Notes: generated by a model from the letters alone, not told the origin. A DNA stretch of 64,000 bases from Roseomonas sp. (GCA_041906015.1 JAYRJZ010000001.1:58150-122149), one strand, 5' to 3'. Shown: positions 48,537-58,513, numbered from the stretch's first letter. Made by a program: numbers and translations.

Positions 48537-49520
48537 CTACGCCGCGGCAGGGCCGTGCCACAGGCCCCGCCCCGCCAGCCAGTCCTGCACCAGCTCCGCC
48601 ACCTGGTCGCTGTTGCGGTCCATCATGATCATGTGGCTGTTGCCGCGCATGCCGCGTTCGGGAAGGTCCACCACCTCGACGCTGCCGCCGGCGGCGCGCA
48701 CCGCCTCGGCGAAGGCGATGCCGTTGGCGCGGATGGTCGGCCAGCGCGCATCATCGGCGATGTAGTCGCCAAAGATCATCAGCACCGGAATGCCGCGCAG
48801 CGCGGCGACCTTCTCCGCCAGCCCGATCGAGGCCGGTTCCACCAGCACCAGCGCGCGCACCTTGTCCGGCCATTCCTGCGCGGCGCGCCAGGCGAAGAAG
48901 CCACCCTGGCTGTGCGCCACCACCACCGAGGGACCGACGCGATCGAGCAACGCGCCATAGGCGGCCAGGATCAGATCGTCCGTGGTGGTGAAGCGCGGCA
49001 CGTTCTGGCGAATGAAGGCGCGCCAGGATTCCGGGTCGCAGGGGAATTGCTGGCCCGGATAGACCTGCCCTTCCTGTGGCGTGCCCGGCCCGATGCGGAA
49101 GCGCGGCCAGGGGTTCTCCATCGGGCTGACCACCGCGACGCCGCCGCTCTCCTCCGGAATGCGCGTCCAGCCCGCGCGGCCGCGCTCCACGGCATCGCTG
49201 ACCACCACCTCCCAGCCCTGGCGGAGGAAGAAATGCTGCCAGCCCTCGCGCCCATCCGGCGTGGTCTCCCAGCATGCACCGGTCAGCCCGCCGCCATGCC
49301 AGAGCATCAACGGTACGGTGCCGCGCCGCGGCTCCGGCACCATGAATTGCGCATACATGCCGCCGACGAGGTAGGTGCCGTTGGGATCGAGCCGTGCCGG
49401 CGCGCTACCGGGGGTGTAGAGCACCTCCCGCACCGTCTCGCCCGCAACGCGCACTTCCCGCCCGCCGACATGGAAGCTTCCCCAAGCCGACAGGGCGATC
49501 GGCGGCTTCGGCGTGGTCAT
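48537..49520 (-). CDS. Alpha/beta hydrolase (esterase-like)
   Basis: WHGGG, WETTPDGREGW, AHSQGG and GNSHMIM. Confidence 0.85.
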   Translation of the reverse strand: MTTPKPPIALSAWGSFHVGGREVRVAGETVREVLYTPGSAPARLDPNGTYLVGGMYAQFMVPEPRRGTVPLMLWHGGGLTGACWETTPDGREGWQHFFLRQGWEVVVSDAVERGRAGWTRIPEESGGVAVVSPMENPWPRFRIGPGTPQEGQVYPGQQFPCDPESWRAFIRQNVPRFTTTDDLILAAYGALLDRVGPSVVVAHSQGGFFAWRAAQEWPDKVRALVLVEPASIGLAEKVAALRGIPVLMIFGDYIADDARWPTIRANGIAFAEAVRAAGGSVEVVDLPERGMRGNSHMIMMDRNSDQVAELVQDWLAGRGLWHGPAAA

Positions 49521-49717
49521 GGTCCCTCCTGGCGTTTCCTCGCGCCAAGGGTAGCGGCGGCGGGGCGAGGCTGCACACCCCACCCCGCCGCAGGGGCTCA
49601 ATCCTTGAAGGGATCGAACTCGCCGGGGCCCGCCATGGCTACCGCCACCGGGCGCAGGCGATGCAAGCGGAAAACGCGCGACGTCACGTCGGATGGCCGC
49701 TTGCTTCCGCTGTGGAG

Positions 49718-49910
49718 TTGGAGGGGCTTTGCCCCTCCAAGCCACCCCACCAAAGGCCACAGGGCCTTTGGAAACCGATACTTGGCGCTGAGCAGCGAAG
49801 CTCCGTCGCGATGCCGAACCGCACGTGGTGCGCGGCGCCCATTCAAGGTTTCCAAAGGCCCTGTGGCCTTTGGCGAGGTGAGATCTGGAGAGGGGCAGAG
49901 CCCCTCTCCA
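49718..49910. repeat. Inverted REP-like doublet (copies D and E)
   Basis: Arms 49718-49776 (+) and 49847-49910 (-) share CCAAAGGCCACAGGGCCTTTGGAAACC exactly; 70-bp spacer. Confidence 0.88.
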
Positions 49911-49992
49911 TTGCCGTCAGCACCTCATCTTCGCGCGCATGGCACAGAGCTCCTCCGGCCGACACATCCGACTCATCGCGCTGCCGCGCGGA

Positions 49993-50352
49993 TCAGCCCG
50001 CCGCATCCCGCAGCGTGTCGAAGCGCCGCTTCAGCGTATCGAGTTGTTCCTCCGTGCTGTCCTCCAGCGAGATCATCTGGTCCTGCGCGCCCTTGGTGGC
50101 GCGAATCAGCTCGTCGAGCTTCAACTGCAATGCGCGGGTGTCGCGGTTCTGGGTGTTCTGCATCAGGAACACCATCAGGAAGGTGATGATCGTCGTGCCG
50201 GTGTTGATGACGAGCTGCCAGGTGTCGGAGAAGCCGAAGATCGGCCCCGACACCCCCCACAGCACGATCAGCGCCAGGGCGGCGAGGAAGGTCGAGGCGC
50301 GGCCGGCCTGACGACCCGCCCATTGCGCCGCGGCCTCGAAGATCTTGGACAT
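49993..50352 (-). CDS. Low-affinity iron permease (Fet4-like) family protein
   Basis: FSDTWQLVINTGTTIITFLMVFLMQNTQNRD...KLDELI. Confidence 0.92.
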   Translation of the reverse strand: MSKIFEAAAQWAGRQAGRASTFLAALALIVLWGVSGPIFGFSDTWQLVINTGTTIITFLMVFLMQNTQNRDTRALQLKLDELIRATKGAQDQMISLEDSTEEQLDTLKRRFDTLRDAAG

Positions 50353-50455
50353 GGGGTGTCTCCGGTCACGCCGCGCACAGGGCTGCGGCAGATCGGGAAC
50401 ACTCGGGCGGCGCCGCGGTTGCGTGACGAATGCGTCACGCCAGCGGCGCGGCGCC

Positions 50456-51196
50456 TCAGATCATCGCCATCCCGCCATTCACATGGATGGTCTGCCCCGT
50501 CACCCAGCCCGCCTCGGGCGAGGCGAGATACACCACCGCCGCCGCGATATCCTCCGGCGTGCCCATGCGCTGGGTCGGGATGCGCGACAGCAGCGCGGTC
50601 TTCTGGGCCTCGCCCAGCACGTCGGTCATCGCGGTCTTCACGAAGCCCGGGGCCACGACGTTCACCGTCACGCCGCGCGTCGCGACCTCCTGCGCCAGCG
50701 ACTTCGACATGCCGATCAGGCCGGCCTTGGCGGCCGAGTAGTTCGCCTGGCCCGCATTGCCGGTGACGCCGACGATGGACGCGATGGAGATGATCCGCCC
50801 GGACCGCTTCTTCATCATCCCGCGCAGCGCGGCGCGCGCGAGGCGGAAAGGCGCGGTCAGATCGACCTCCAGCACCGCGTTCCAGTCGGCATCGCCCATG
50901 CGCAGCGCCAGCATGTCGCGGGTGAAGCCGGCATTGTTCACCAGGATGTCGAGGCCACCGGCCTCCGTCTCGATCCTCTCGACCAGCGCGGCGGGCGCGG
51001 CGGGGTCGGTCAGGTCGGCCGGCGCGACGATCACGCGCACCCCGCCCAGCGCCTCGGCCACGCGGGCGAGTTCCGCCTCTCGACGGCCGGTGATGGCCAC
51101 CGTCGCGCCCTGCTTGTGCAGCGCGGTCGCGATGGCCTCGCCGATGCCGCCCGTAGCGCCGGTGACGAGGGCGGTCTTGCCGGTCAGATCGAACAT
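50456..51196 (-). CDS. fabG: 3-oxoacyl-ACP reductase
   Basis: TGATGGIG, NNAGFTRD, GQANYSAAKAG and VNGGMAM. Confidence 0.95.
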   Translation of the reverse strand: MFDLTGKTALVTGATGGIGEAIATALHKQGATVAITGRREAELARVAEALGGVRVIVAPADLTDPAAPAALVERIETEAGGLDILVNNAGFTRDMLALRMGDADWNAVLEVDLTAPFRLARAALRGMMKKRSGRIISIASIVGVTGNAGQANYSAAKAGLIGMSKSLAQEVATRGVTVNVVAPGFVKTAMTDVLGEAQKTALLSRIPTQRMGTPEDIAAAVVYLASPEAGWVTGQTIHVNGGMAMI

Positions 51197-51251
51197 GTCT
51201 CGCTCTCCTGGCGACGCCCGCGACGGACGTCTGGCTGTCTCTGCGAAAGGG

Positions 51252-51671
51252 TCAGTGGAAGCGCTTGGCCATGCTGTAGCGCGCATGGCCCGGCGGGCAG
51301 TCCTCGAGGGTGCCTGTGACGCGGTAGCCCTGCTTCTCGTAGAAGCCCCGCGCCTGGAAGGAATAGGTGTCGAGCCGCGCCCCGATGCAGCCCTGCTCGC
51401 GCGCCGCGGCCTCGGCCTGCAGCAGCAGGCGCTGGCCCCAGCCCTGCCCGCGCAGCGCGGGGCCGACCGCGAGGGTCATCACATAAAGCCACTGCCACGA
51501 GATGCGCCCGATCAGCCCGCCCGCGACGCCGCCCTCGGCATCGCGGATGGTGAGCAGCACCGCTTCGCGCACATGCGGCCAGCCGGCAGCGGCATTGGCG
51601 TCGGCGAGGACGGCCATGATCGCCGCCTCATCCGCCGCCTCCGGCGCCGCGATGCGCTCGATATGCGTCAT
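51252..51671 (-). CDS. GNAT N-acetyltransferase
   Basis: RGQGWG and LDTYSFQARGFYEKQGY. Overlaps the fabD stop. Confidence 0.88.
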   Translation of the reverse strand: MTHIERIAAPEAADEAAIMAVLADANAAAGWPHVREAVLLTIRDAEGGVAGGLIGRISWQWLYVMTLAVGPALRGQGWGQRLLLQAEAAAREQGCIGARLDTYSFQARGFYEKQGYRVTGTLEDCPPGHARYSMAKRFH

Positions 51672-52627
51672 AGGGCCTTCAGGAAGGCTTCGACATCGGC
51701 CGGCGTGCCGATCGCCTGCGCGCGTGCCTCGGGCGCGTTGCGCTTCATCAGCCCGGTCAGCACCTTGCCCGCGCCGAGCTCGACGAAGCTGTCGCAGCCC
51801 ATCGCAGCCATCGCGGCGACGCATTCGCGCCAGCGCACCGTGCCGGTCACTTGGCGCACCAGCAGGTCGCGGATCTCGGCCGGGTCGGTCGCCTTGGCGG
51901 CGGTGACGTTGGCCACCACCGGCACCAGCGGGACACGCAGGTCGGCCTTGGCCAAAGCCTCGGCCATCGCATCGGCCGCCGGGGCCATCAGGGCACAATG
52001 GAAGGGGGCGGAGACCGGCAGCAGCATGGCGCGCTTCACGCCCTCGGCCTTGGCGATCGCGATGGCACGCTCGACCGCGGCCTTGGCGCCGGAGACGACG
52101 ACCTGGCCGCCGCCATTGTCGTTCGCGGCCTCGACCACCTCGGCCTTGCCGGTTTCGGGATCGGTCGCGGCCTTGACGCAGATCGCCTTCGCCTGGTCGA
52201 GCTCCGCGCCGAGCAGCGCGGCCATCGCGCCGGTGCCCGGCGGGGTCGCCTTCTGCATCGCCTCGCCACGCAGGCGCAGCAGGCGGGCGGCGGTGGCGAT
52301 GTCGAAGGCGCCGGCCGCGGTCAGGGCGCTGTACTCGCCGAGCGAATGGCCGGCGACCAGCGCGACCTTCTCGGCCAGCACGAAGCCGCCTTCCGATTCC
52401 AGCGCCCGCACCACGGCCAGCGAATGGGCCATCAGCGCCGGCTGGGTGTTGGCGGTAAGGGTCAGTTCCTCCTGCGGCCCTTCCCACATGAGCCTGGACA
52501 GCTTCTGGGCGAGCGCGTCGTCCACTTCCTGGAAGACGTGGCGGGCGGCGGGGAAGGCCTCAGCGAGGTCGCGGCCCATGCCGACGGCCTGGCTGCCCTG
52601 GCCGGGGAAGACGAAGGCGGTTGCCAT
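51668..52627 (-). CDS. fabD: Malonyl-CoA:ACP transacylase
   Basis: FPGQGSQ, GHSLGEY and VSAPFH. Confidence 0.97.
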   Translation of the reverse strand: MATAFVFPGQGSQAVGMGRDLAEAFPAARHVFQEVDDALAQKLSRLMWEGPQEELTLTANTQPALMAHSLAVVRALESEGGFVLAEKVALVAGHSLGEYSALTAAGAFDIATAARLLRLRGEAMQKATPPGTGAMAALLGAELDQAKAICVKAATDPETGKAEVVEAANDNGGGQVVVSGAKAAVERAIAIAKAEGVKRAMLLPVSAPFHCALMAPAADAMAEALAKADLRVPLVPVVANVTAAKATDPAEIRDLLVRQVTGTVRWRECVAAMAAMGCDSFVELGAGKVLTGLMKRNAPEARAQAIGTPADVEAFLKAL

Positions 52628-52720
52628 ATGCGTGCGTTTCCGTGTCGTGCAGGCGTCAAACAGATGATCGCGCGCCGATTGCGGGTCCGGCACGCCCTTG
52701 TCAACGGTCGGAAGCCGTCC

Positions 52721-54370
52721 CTACCCGCGGAACATGCCCGGATGCCAATAATGGCCGTGGCCGGATCCGGTGCCGTAGACGGCGAGGAAGATGCGCGCCT
52801 CGGGCGGCGACTCGCCACGGTGGAAGGCCAGCGCCGCCTGCATGATGGCATCGTCCTGGGCATTGAAGCGCATGGTGGCGCGGCGCAGTTCGCTCCAGTC
52901 CGGCAGGCGGAAGGCCTCGACCCAGACCTCGGGCCGCTCGATGTCGCGCACCAGGGTCCAGTCCGTCGCCCCGTCGCGGTGGCGCGACAGCCGCAGCGCC
53001 TGCATCGTGCCGCGAAAGCCCGGCAGGTCGGCCTCCTCCACCACGTAGGCGACGCTGACCAGCACCGGATGGGCGTCGGTGCGCATCAGCTCGACCAGGG
53101 CCTTGCCGACCGCGAAGTGCGGCAGCGCATGCTCGGGCTTGGCGGCGGGGTCGGGCACCTCGGTGGGCAATTGCTGGGACCGGGCCAGTACTGCGATGAC
53201 GATCCCGCCCAGCCCGGCCGCGAGCAGCGCTCCCCGCACCCCGGCCTGCTCGCCGAGCCAACCCCAGCCGATCGCGCCGAAGCCCATGCCGCCGTTGTAG
53301 ACGGCCTGGTAGATCGCAAGGCCACGCGCCTGGACCCAGGGCGCGCAGGCGAGTTGCACCGTCGCCTGCAGGCTGGCCGCAGCCGCGATCCAGCCCATGC
53401 CGAAGACGAACATGGCGATCCCCGCGGTCACCAGCCCCGGCACGACCGCGATCGGGATCAGCGCCCCGGCATTCACCACCCCCGCGAGCATCACCAGCGT
53501 ATCGGGCGTGTAGCGTTCCCGCAGCCGGTGCATGACCAGGCCGCCGGCCACCGCACCGGCCCCCATCGCGGTGAGCAGCAGGCCGAAGCTGGTGGCATCG
53601 AGGTGCAGGACCTTGTGCACATAGAGCGGCAGGAGTGCCCAGGCCGCGCTCGCACAGCCGAAGAAGACGGCAGAGCGGAACAGCGCCGCGCGCAGGTTGG
53701 GTTCCGACGCGGCATAGCGCAGGCCGAGCCGCATCGCCTGGCCCAGCGGTTCCGGCGGCAGGTCGGCCGGATCCGACCGCTTCGGGAAGGCAAGAGCCGC
53801 GCCGATGATCACCGCCACGATGGCGAAGGACAGGGCATTGGCGCCAAAGGCCACCGCCGCGCCGCCCGCCGCGACGACCACGCCGCCGATCGCCGGTCCG
53901 ACCGCGCGGGCCAGATTGTAGCCGACCGAATTGAGCACCAGCGACTGCGGCAGTTCCGCCCGCGGCACCAGCAACGGCACCGAGGAGGACCAGGCCGGGC
54001 TGTTGAGCGCCGTGAAGCAGGCGAGCAGCACCGTCAGGAACAGTAGCACCCAGGCATCCACCCAGCCGAAAAACTGCAGCACCGCCAGCGCCCCCGAGAC
54101 GGCCAGCATGGCGAGGTTGCTCCAGACCAGCAGCCGCTTGCGGTCGAGCCGGTCCGCCAGCGCCCCCGCCGGCAGCGCGAGGAACAGGATCGGCAACTGC
54201 GCGGCGGCGAGGATCAGGCTGACCATCAGCGGGCTGGGCGCCAGGGTGGTCATGACCCAGGCACTCGCCGTGGACTGGACCCAGGTGCCGATGGCCGAGA
54301 TGACATTGCCGAACCACAGCCAGGCGAAGGCGCGGTGGCGCAGAGGGGTCAGGGAGGTCGGCAGCGGCAT
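52721..54370 (-). CDS. MFS transporter (MFS_3/DUF894-type with C-terminal soluble domain)
   Basis: GALADRLDRKR and NLARAVGPAIGG; about 12 TM segments. Start uncertain (54370 or 54376). Confidence 0.88.
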   Translation of the reverse strand: MPLPTSLTPLRHRAFAWLWFGNVISAIGTWVQSTASAWVMTTLAPSPLMVSLILAAAQLPILFLALPAGALADRLDRKRLLVWSNLAMLAVSGALAVLQFFGWVDAWVLLFLTVLLACFTALNSPAWSSSVPLLVPRAELPQSLVLNSVGYNLARAVGPAIGGVVVAAGGAAVAFGANALSFAIVAVIIGAALAFPKRSDPADLPPEPLGQAMRLGLRYAASEPNLRAALFRSAVFFGCASAAWALLPLYVHKVLHLDATSFGLLLTAMGAGAVAGGLVMHRLRERYTPDTLVMLAGVVNAGALIPIAVVPGLVTAGIAMFVFGMGWIAAAASLQATVQLACAPWVQARGLAIYQAVYNGGMGFGAIGWGWLGEQAGVRGALLAAGLGGIVIAVLARSQQLPTEVPDPAAKPEHALPHFAVGKALVELMRTDAHPVLVSVAYVVEEADLPGFRGTMQALRLSRHRDGATDWTLVRDIERPEVWVEAFRLPDWSELRRATMRFNAQDDAIMQAALAFHRGESPPEARIFLAVYGTGSGHGHYWHPGMFRG

Positions 54371-54401
54371 CGGCATCCCGTCTCGGAGGGTGTGAAGCAG
54401 A

Positions 54402-54437
54402 AGGGGCCTTGGCCTCGCCAAGCCACCCCCACCAAGG
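54402..54437 (+). repeat. Degenerate REP-like unit
   Basis: AGGGGCCTTGGCCTCGCCAAGCCACCCCCACCAAGG aligns to copy D (AGGGGCTTTGCCCCTCCAAGCCACCCCACCAAAGG). Confidence 0.55.
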
Positions 54438-54669
54438 TGCAATGCATGGTTGAATGCCGTCTTTCGGCAGCGGGCGCAGCAGGCTTTCTGTTCCGCAGCC
54501 GGGCGATTCACGCGCAAAGGCTCGGTTTGGGGCCGATTCCGGCCTTGCTTCGGCGCTGCCGCCGTGCTTTACGCCCCGCTCCCCTGCCGGGCGCAAGGCA
54601 AGCGCCCGGCTATGCCCGTTTGCGCGCTCCATTCCGGAGCCAGGGCTGAGACAGCCACAGGGAGATCAC

Positions 54670-55143
54670 ATGCCGCTCTACGAATGCGTGTTCATCGCGC
54701 GCAACGACATCACCCAGCAGCAGGTCGAAGCGATCGCCGAGCAGGTCGCGACCCTCATCACCGAGGGCGGCGGCGAGGTGAAGAAGCGCGAATACTGGGG
54801 CCTGCGCGGCCTCGCCTACAAGGTGAAGAAGAACCGCAAGGGGCACTACATGCTCCTCGGTCTCGACGCGCCCGCCTCCGCCCTGCCGGAAGTCGAGCGT
54901 CAGCTCGGCCTGAACGAGGACGTGCTGCGCTCCCTCACCATCCGCGTCGAGACGATCGACGAGGCGCCGTCGGCGGTGCTGGCCAAGCGCGGCGACGACC
55001 GCGAGCGTGACCGTGGCTTCCGCGGCCCGCGTCCGGCTGGCCGCTTCGGTTCGGGCCGTGGCCGCGAGCGTGGCGACGACCGCGAGGAGTTCCGCGCCCG
55101 CCCCCGCGACGAGATGGACGGCCCCGACGGGGCCGGGGAGTAA
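54670..55143 (+). CDS. rpsF: 30S ribosomal protein S6
   Basis: [11 protein letters not shown]...[20 protein letters not shown]. Confidence 0.97.
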   Translation: MPLYECVFIARNDITQQQVEAIAEQVATLITEGGGEVKKREYWGLRGLAYKVKKNRKGHYMLLGLDAPASALPEVERQLGLNEDVLRSLTIRVETIDEAPSAVLAKRGDDRERDRGFRGPRPAGRFGSGRGRERGDDREEFRARPRDEMDGPDGAGE

Positions 55144-55149
55144 GCGATC

Positions 55150-55428
55150 ATGTCCGAATCCACCGACCTCACCCCCGCCGCCCGCCGCCCGGCCGTCGGC
55201 GCCCGCCGCCCCTTCTATCGGCGCAAGAAGTCCTGCCCCTTCTCCGGGCCGCAGGCGCCGAAGATCGACTACAAGGACGTCCGTCTGCTGTCCCGCTTCC
55301 TGTCGGAGCGCGGCAAGATCGTCCCGTCCCGCATCACGGCGGTGAGCGGCAAGAAGCAGCGTGAGCTGGCCCAGGCCATCAAGCGCGCCCGCTTCCTGGC
55401 GCTGCTGCCCTACGTCATCAACGACTGA
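55150..55428 (+). CDS. rpsR: 30S ribosomal protein S18
   Basis: [24 protein letters not shown]...[13 protein letters not shown]. Confidence 0.98.
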   Translation: MSESTDLTPAARRPAVGARRPFYRRKKSCPFSGPQAPKIDYKDVRLLSRFLSERGKIVPSRITAVSGKKQRELAQAIKRARFLALLPYVIND

Positions 55429-55453
55429 GGACGGGGAGCCCGGAGGGGCAGCC

Positions 55454-56359
55454 ATGGGCAGCGTGCTCGGCAATCCGCGCTTCCTGGCGGGGACCGCGGC
55501 GGGATTGACCGCCGCGGTGCTCTCGCTGTGGGCCATGCGCGGGTTACCGCTGGGCTTCGCGGCCTTCTGGCTGACGCCGCTGCCGCTGTTCGGCGCGGGG
55601 CTGGGTTTCGGCCCGGTTCCCATGGCCTGGGCGGCCGCGCTTGGCGCCGCGATCCACATCGCGGTGGCCGGGCTGCTGCCGATGACGGTGTTCCTCACCG
55701 GCTTCGCGGTCCCGGCCCTGCTGATGGTGCTGTTCGGCTTCCGCCACGGGCGGATCGATCCGGGGCTGCCGCTGGCGATCCTCGGCATCTGGCCGGCCAT
55801 CGTCATCATCCTGGCGGGCGTGGCCTTTTCGGGCCTGCCGGGCGGGCTGAACGGGGCCATCCGCGCCGCGGTGGAGCACTCGCTCGCGCGCATGGGGGCT
55901 TCGGCCACGCAGTTGCCGGTCGCGGAACTGACCCAGGTCATGGCCGCGGCGATGGGCTTCTGGGCGGCGATCTCGCTCTCGGTGAACGGGGCCGCGGCCC
56001 AGTCCGCCCTGGCGCGGTCGGGCCTGGCCCTCTCGCCCAGCCCGCGCTGGAGCTCGGTGCATCTGCCCGCCTGGTACCCGGCGCTGCCGGGGGCCGGGGC
56101 AGCGGCCTGGCTCCTCCTCGGTGGGCCGGACGATGCGATGTGGCTGTCGGTGCTGCTGGTGCTGCTGCTGCCGGTCTTCCTGCAGGGCATCGCCGCGGTG
56201 CATCGCCGGTCCCAGGGCCGTCCGGGGCGCCAGTTCATGCTCGGCATCTTCTACGCCGGGCTCGTCATCCTCAGCGTGCCGGCCGCGATCGCGGTGACGG
56301 CCTTCGGTTTCTACGAGCAATGGGGGCGGCGCACGAGCCCGCCCGGAGGCACAACATGA
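55454..56359 (+). CDS. DUF2232/YybS-like membrane protein
   Basis: Hydrophobic protein with LQGIAAVH; conserved position between rpsR and rplI. Confidence 0.78.
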   Translation: MGSVLGNPRFLAGTAAGLTAAVLSLWAMRGLPLGFAAFWLTPLPLFGAGLGFGPVPMAWAAALGAAIHIAVAGLLPMTVFLTGFAVPALLMVLFGFRHGRIDPGLPLAILGIWPAIVIILAGVAFSGLPGGLNGAIRAAVEHSLARMGASATQLPVAELTQVMAAAMGFWAAISLSVNGAAAQSALARSGLALSPSPRWSSVHLPAWYPALPGAGAAAWLLLGGPDDAMWLSVLLVLLLPVFLQGIAAVHRRSQGRPGRQFMLGIFYAGLVILSVPAAIAVTAFGFYEQWGRRTSPPGGTT

Positions 56360-56925
56360 TCGAACTGATCCTGATGCAGCGCGTCGACAAGCTTGGCCAG
56401 ATGGGCGAGCTGGTGAAGGTGCGCCCCGGTTACGCCCGCAACTACCTGCTGCCCAGCGGCAAGGCGATCCGCGCGAGCAAGTCCAACCTCGAACGCTTCG
56501 AGAAGGAGCGTGCGCAGCTTGAGGCCCAGAACCTCAAGCGCCGCGAGGAGGCCGAGCGCGTCGCCGAGCGCGTCGCCGGGCTGTCCGTGACCATCATCCG
56601 CCAGGCGGGTGAGAGCGGGGCGCTGTACGGCTCCGTCTCGACGCGCGACATCGCCGAGGCCTGCACCGAAGCCGGCCTGACCGTCGGCCGCGACCAGGTG
56701 AAGCTGCCGCACGCCGTCAAGTCGGTGGGTCTCGCCCATGTCGAGATCGCGCTGCACCCGGAAGTCGCCATCCCCGTGGTGGTGAACGTGGCGCGCTCGG
56801 TCGAGGAAGCCGAGAAGCAGGCGCGCGGCGAGCGCGTCGAGGCCGAGGCGGAAGCCGAAGCCGCGTCGCTGGAAGCCGAACTGGCCGCCGAGCTGGCCGC
56901 CGGCCAGGCCGACGCGGAGCGCTGA
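56356..56925 (+). CDS. rplI: 50S ribosomal protein L9
   Basis: [21 protein letters not shown] and LYGSVS. Confidence 0.97.
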   Translation: MIELILMQRVDKLGQMGELVKVRPGYARNYLLPSGKAIRASKSNLERFEKERAQLEAQNLKRREEAERVAERVAGLSVTIIRQAGESGALYGSVSTRDIAEACTEAGLTVGRDQVKLPHAVKSVGLAHVEIALHPEVAIPVVVNVARSVEEAEKQARGERVEAEAEAEAASLEAELAAELAAGQADAER

Positions 56926-56943
56926 GGCCCCGATGGGGCTGCT

Positions 56944-57147
56944 GGAGGGGAGAGGGGCCGCGCCCCTTCTCCCCTCCTCGCCCTGCCAAGGGCCCGTGGC
57001 CTTTGGAAGCTGGCGCTTTCTGTTCCGCCTGACGCAACGGTCGCCCTGACCGCCGGGAACAACGTCCCGACGCGCTGCCCAACGCCGGGTGATGGCTTGC
57101 AAAGGCCTTCCGGCCTTTTCGGAGGTGGGGTGGCGATGCCCCTCCCC
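56944..57147. repeat. Diverged inverted REP-like doublet (copies F and G)
   Basis: The + arm ends CCAAGGGCCCGTGGCCTTTGGAAGC. The - arm begins GGCTTGCAAAGGCCTTCCGGCCTTT. Conserved tail at 57075-57093 (-). Confidence 0.72.
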
Positions 57148-57289
57148 GGGATATCGTGTCGCGCGGTTGCATGGGCGGCCGACGCATTCCCGCAAGATGC
57201 GCGCCCCTCCGATTCTGCCATGCAGCATTGGGGACTTTTCTCAGGCATGTCCTGTCTGCAATGCTTCCTCCACGCCAGGAGGAGCTTGC

Positions 57290-58513
57290 ATGCTGTTCCA
57301 CCTCGCTTTGAAGCGATTGATCCAGCACGGGAGCCTGACCGTCACCTACCCGGACGGCACCGTGCGGCAGTATCGCGGCGGCCCCGGCCCCGACGTCGCG
57401 ATGCGCATCGTGACCGCCCGGGCCCTGCGCGGCATGACCTTCAATCCGGCCCTGGCGCTCGGCGAATCCTACATGGCCGACGAGCTCCGCCCCGAGGGCT
57501 GTTCCATCTATGCCCTGCTGGACATGCTGGTCCTCAACATGATGGAGGGCGGCACCCATCCGGCGGAGCGGCTGATGGAGATCCTGCGCCTGTTCCGCCG
57601 CCGCTTCGACCAGCTCAACCCGGCCGGGCGGTCGCAACGCAACGTCGCGCATCACTACGACCTGAATGGACGACTCTACTCTCTCTTCCTCGATCGTGAC
57701 CGCCAGTATTCCTGCGCCTACTTCCCCACCGGTACCGAGACGCTGGAAGAGGCGCAGATCGCCAAGAAGCGACACATCGCCGCCAAGCTGAAGCTGGACC
57801 GACCCGATCTCGAGGTGCTGGACATCGGCTGCGGCTGGGGGGGCATGGCGATCACCCTCGCGCGGGACTTCGGTGCCCGCGTCACCGGCATCACCCTGTC
57901 GCAGGAACAGCTCAGCGTCGCGCGGCAGCGCGTGGAGGAAGCCGGCCTCACCGATCGCGTGCGCTTCGAGCTAATGGATTACCGCAGTTGGAAGACGCCG
58001 ATGGACCGCGTGGTCTCGGTCGGCATGTTCGAACATGTCGGCATCGACCACTATCGCCGCTTCTTCGCCACAGTGCGCGACGCCCTGAAGGAGGATGGCG
58101 TGGCGCTGATCCACGCCATCGGGCGTATGGACGGGCCGGGTTCCACCAATCCCTGGCTCGCGAAGTATATCTTCCCGGGCGGCTATTCCCCCGCCCTCTC
58201 CGAGGTTCTGCCGCACGCCGAGAAGGCGAAGCTCTGGGTCACGGATATCGAGATCCTGCGCCTGCACTATGCCAAGACCATCGAGCACTGGCGCGCGCGC
58301 TTCGCCGGCAACCGGGACGCCATCGCCAGCCTGACCGACGAGCGTTTCTGCCGGATGTTCGAGTTCTACCTGGCCGGCGCCGAGCTGTCCTTCCGCTACA
58401 TGGGGCACATGAACTGGCAGCTCCAGCTCACGCGGCGCGTCGATGCGCTGCCACTGGCACGCGACTACATGGTGGAGGCGGAACGGGCCGCGTCCACACC
58501 GGCACGCGCGTAA
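57290..58513 (+). CDS. cfa: Cyclopropane-fatty-acyl-phospholipid synthase family methyltransferase
   Basis: NVAHHYDL, YSCAYF, LDIGCGWG, SVGMFEHVG and YIFPGG. Confidence 0.92.
   Translation: MLFHLALKRLIQHGSLTVTYPDGTVRQYRGGPGPDVAMRIVTARALRGMTFNPALALGESYMADELRPEGCSIYALLDMLVLNMMEGGTHPAERLMEILRLFRRRFDQLNPAGRSQRNVAHHYDLNGRLYSLFLDRDRQYSCAYFPTGTETLEEAQIAKKRHIAAKLKLDRPDLEVLDIGCGWGGMAITLARDFGARVTGITLSQEQLSVARQRVEEAGLTDRVRFELMDYRSWKTPMDRVVSVGMFEHVGIDHYRRFFATVRDALKEDGVALIHAIGRMDGPGSTNPWLAKYIFPGGYSPALSEVLPHAEKAKLWVTDIEILRLHYAKTIEHWRARFAGNRDAIASLTDERFCRMFEFYLAGAELSFRYMGHMNWQLQLTRRVDALPLARDYMVEAERAASTPARA

Noticed and set aside
49553-49612. Further REP-like copies at 49553-49612 and 40897-40925
   Set aside because: Only loose GC-rich hairpins, too degenerate to assign to the family by eye.
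51851-54046. Very long antisense or alternate-frame ORFs (e.g. 30101-32542, 20685-22592, 51851-54046, 2264-3805)
   Set aside because: They shadow well-supported genes and have Arg/Gly/Ala-rich, motif-free translations, as expected from stop-codon scarcity at high GC.
54590-54669. S6:S18 autoregulatory leader RNA
   Set aside because: Plausible by position, but I could not identify the structure with confidence.
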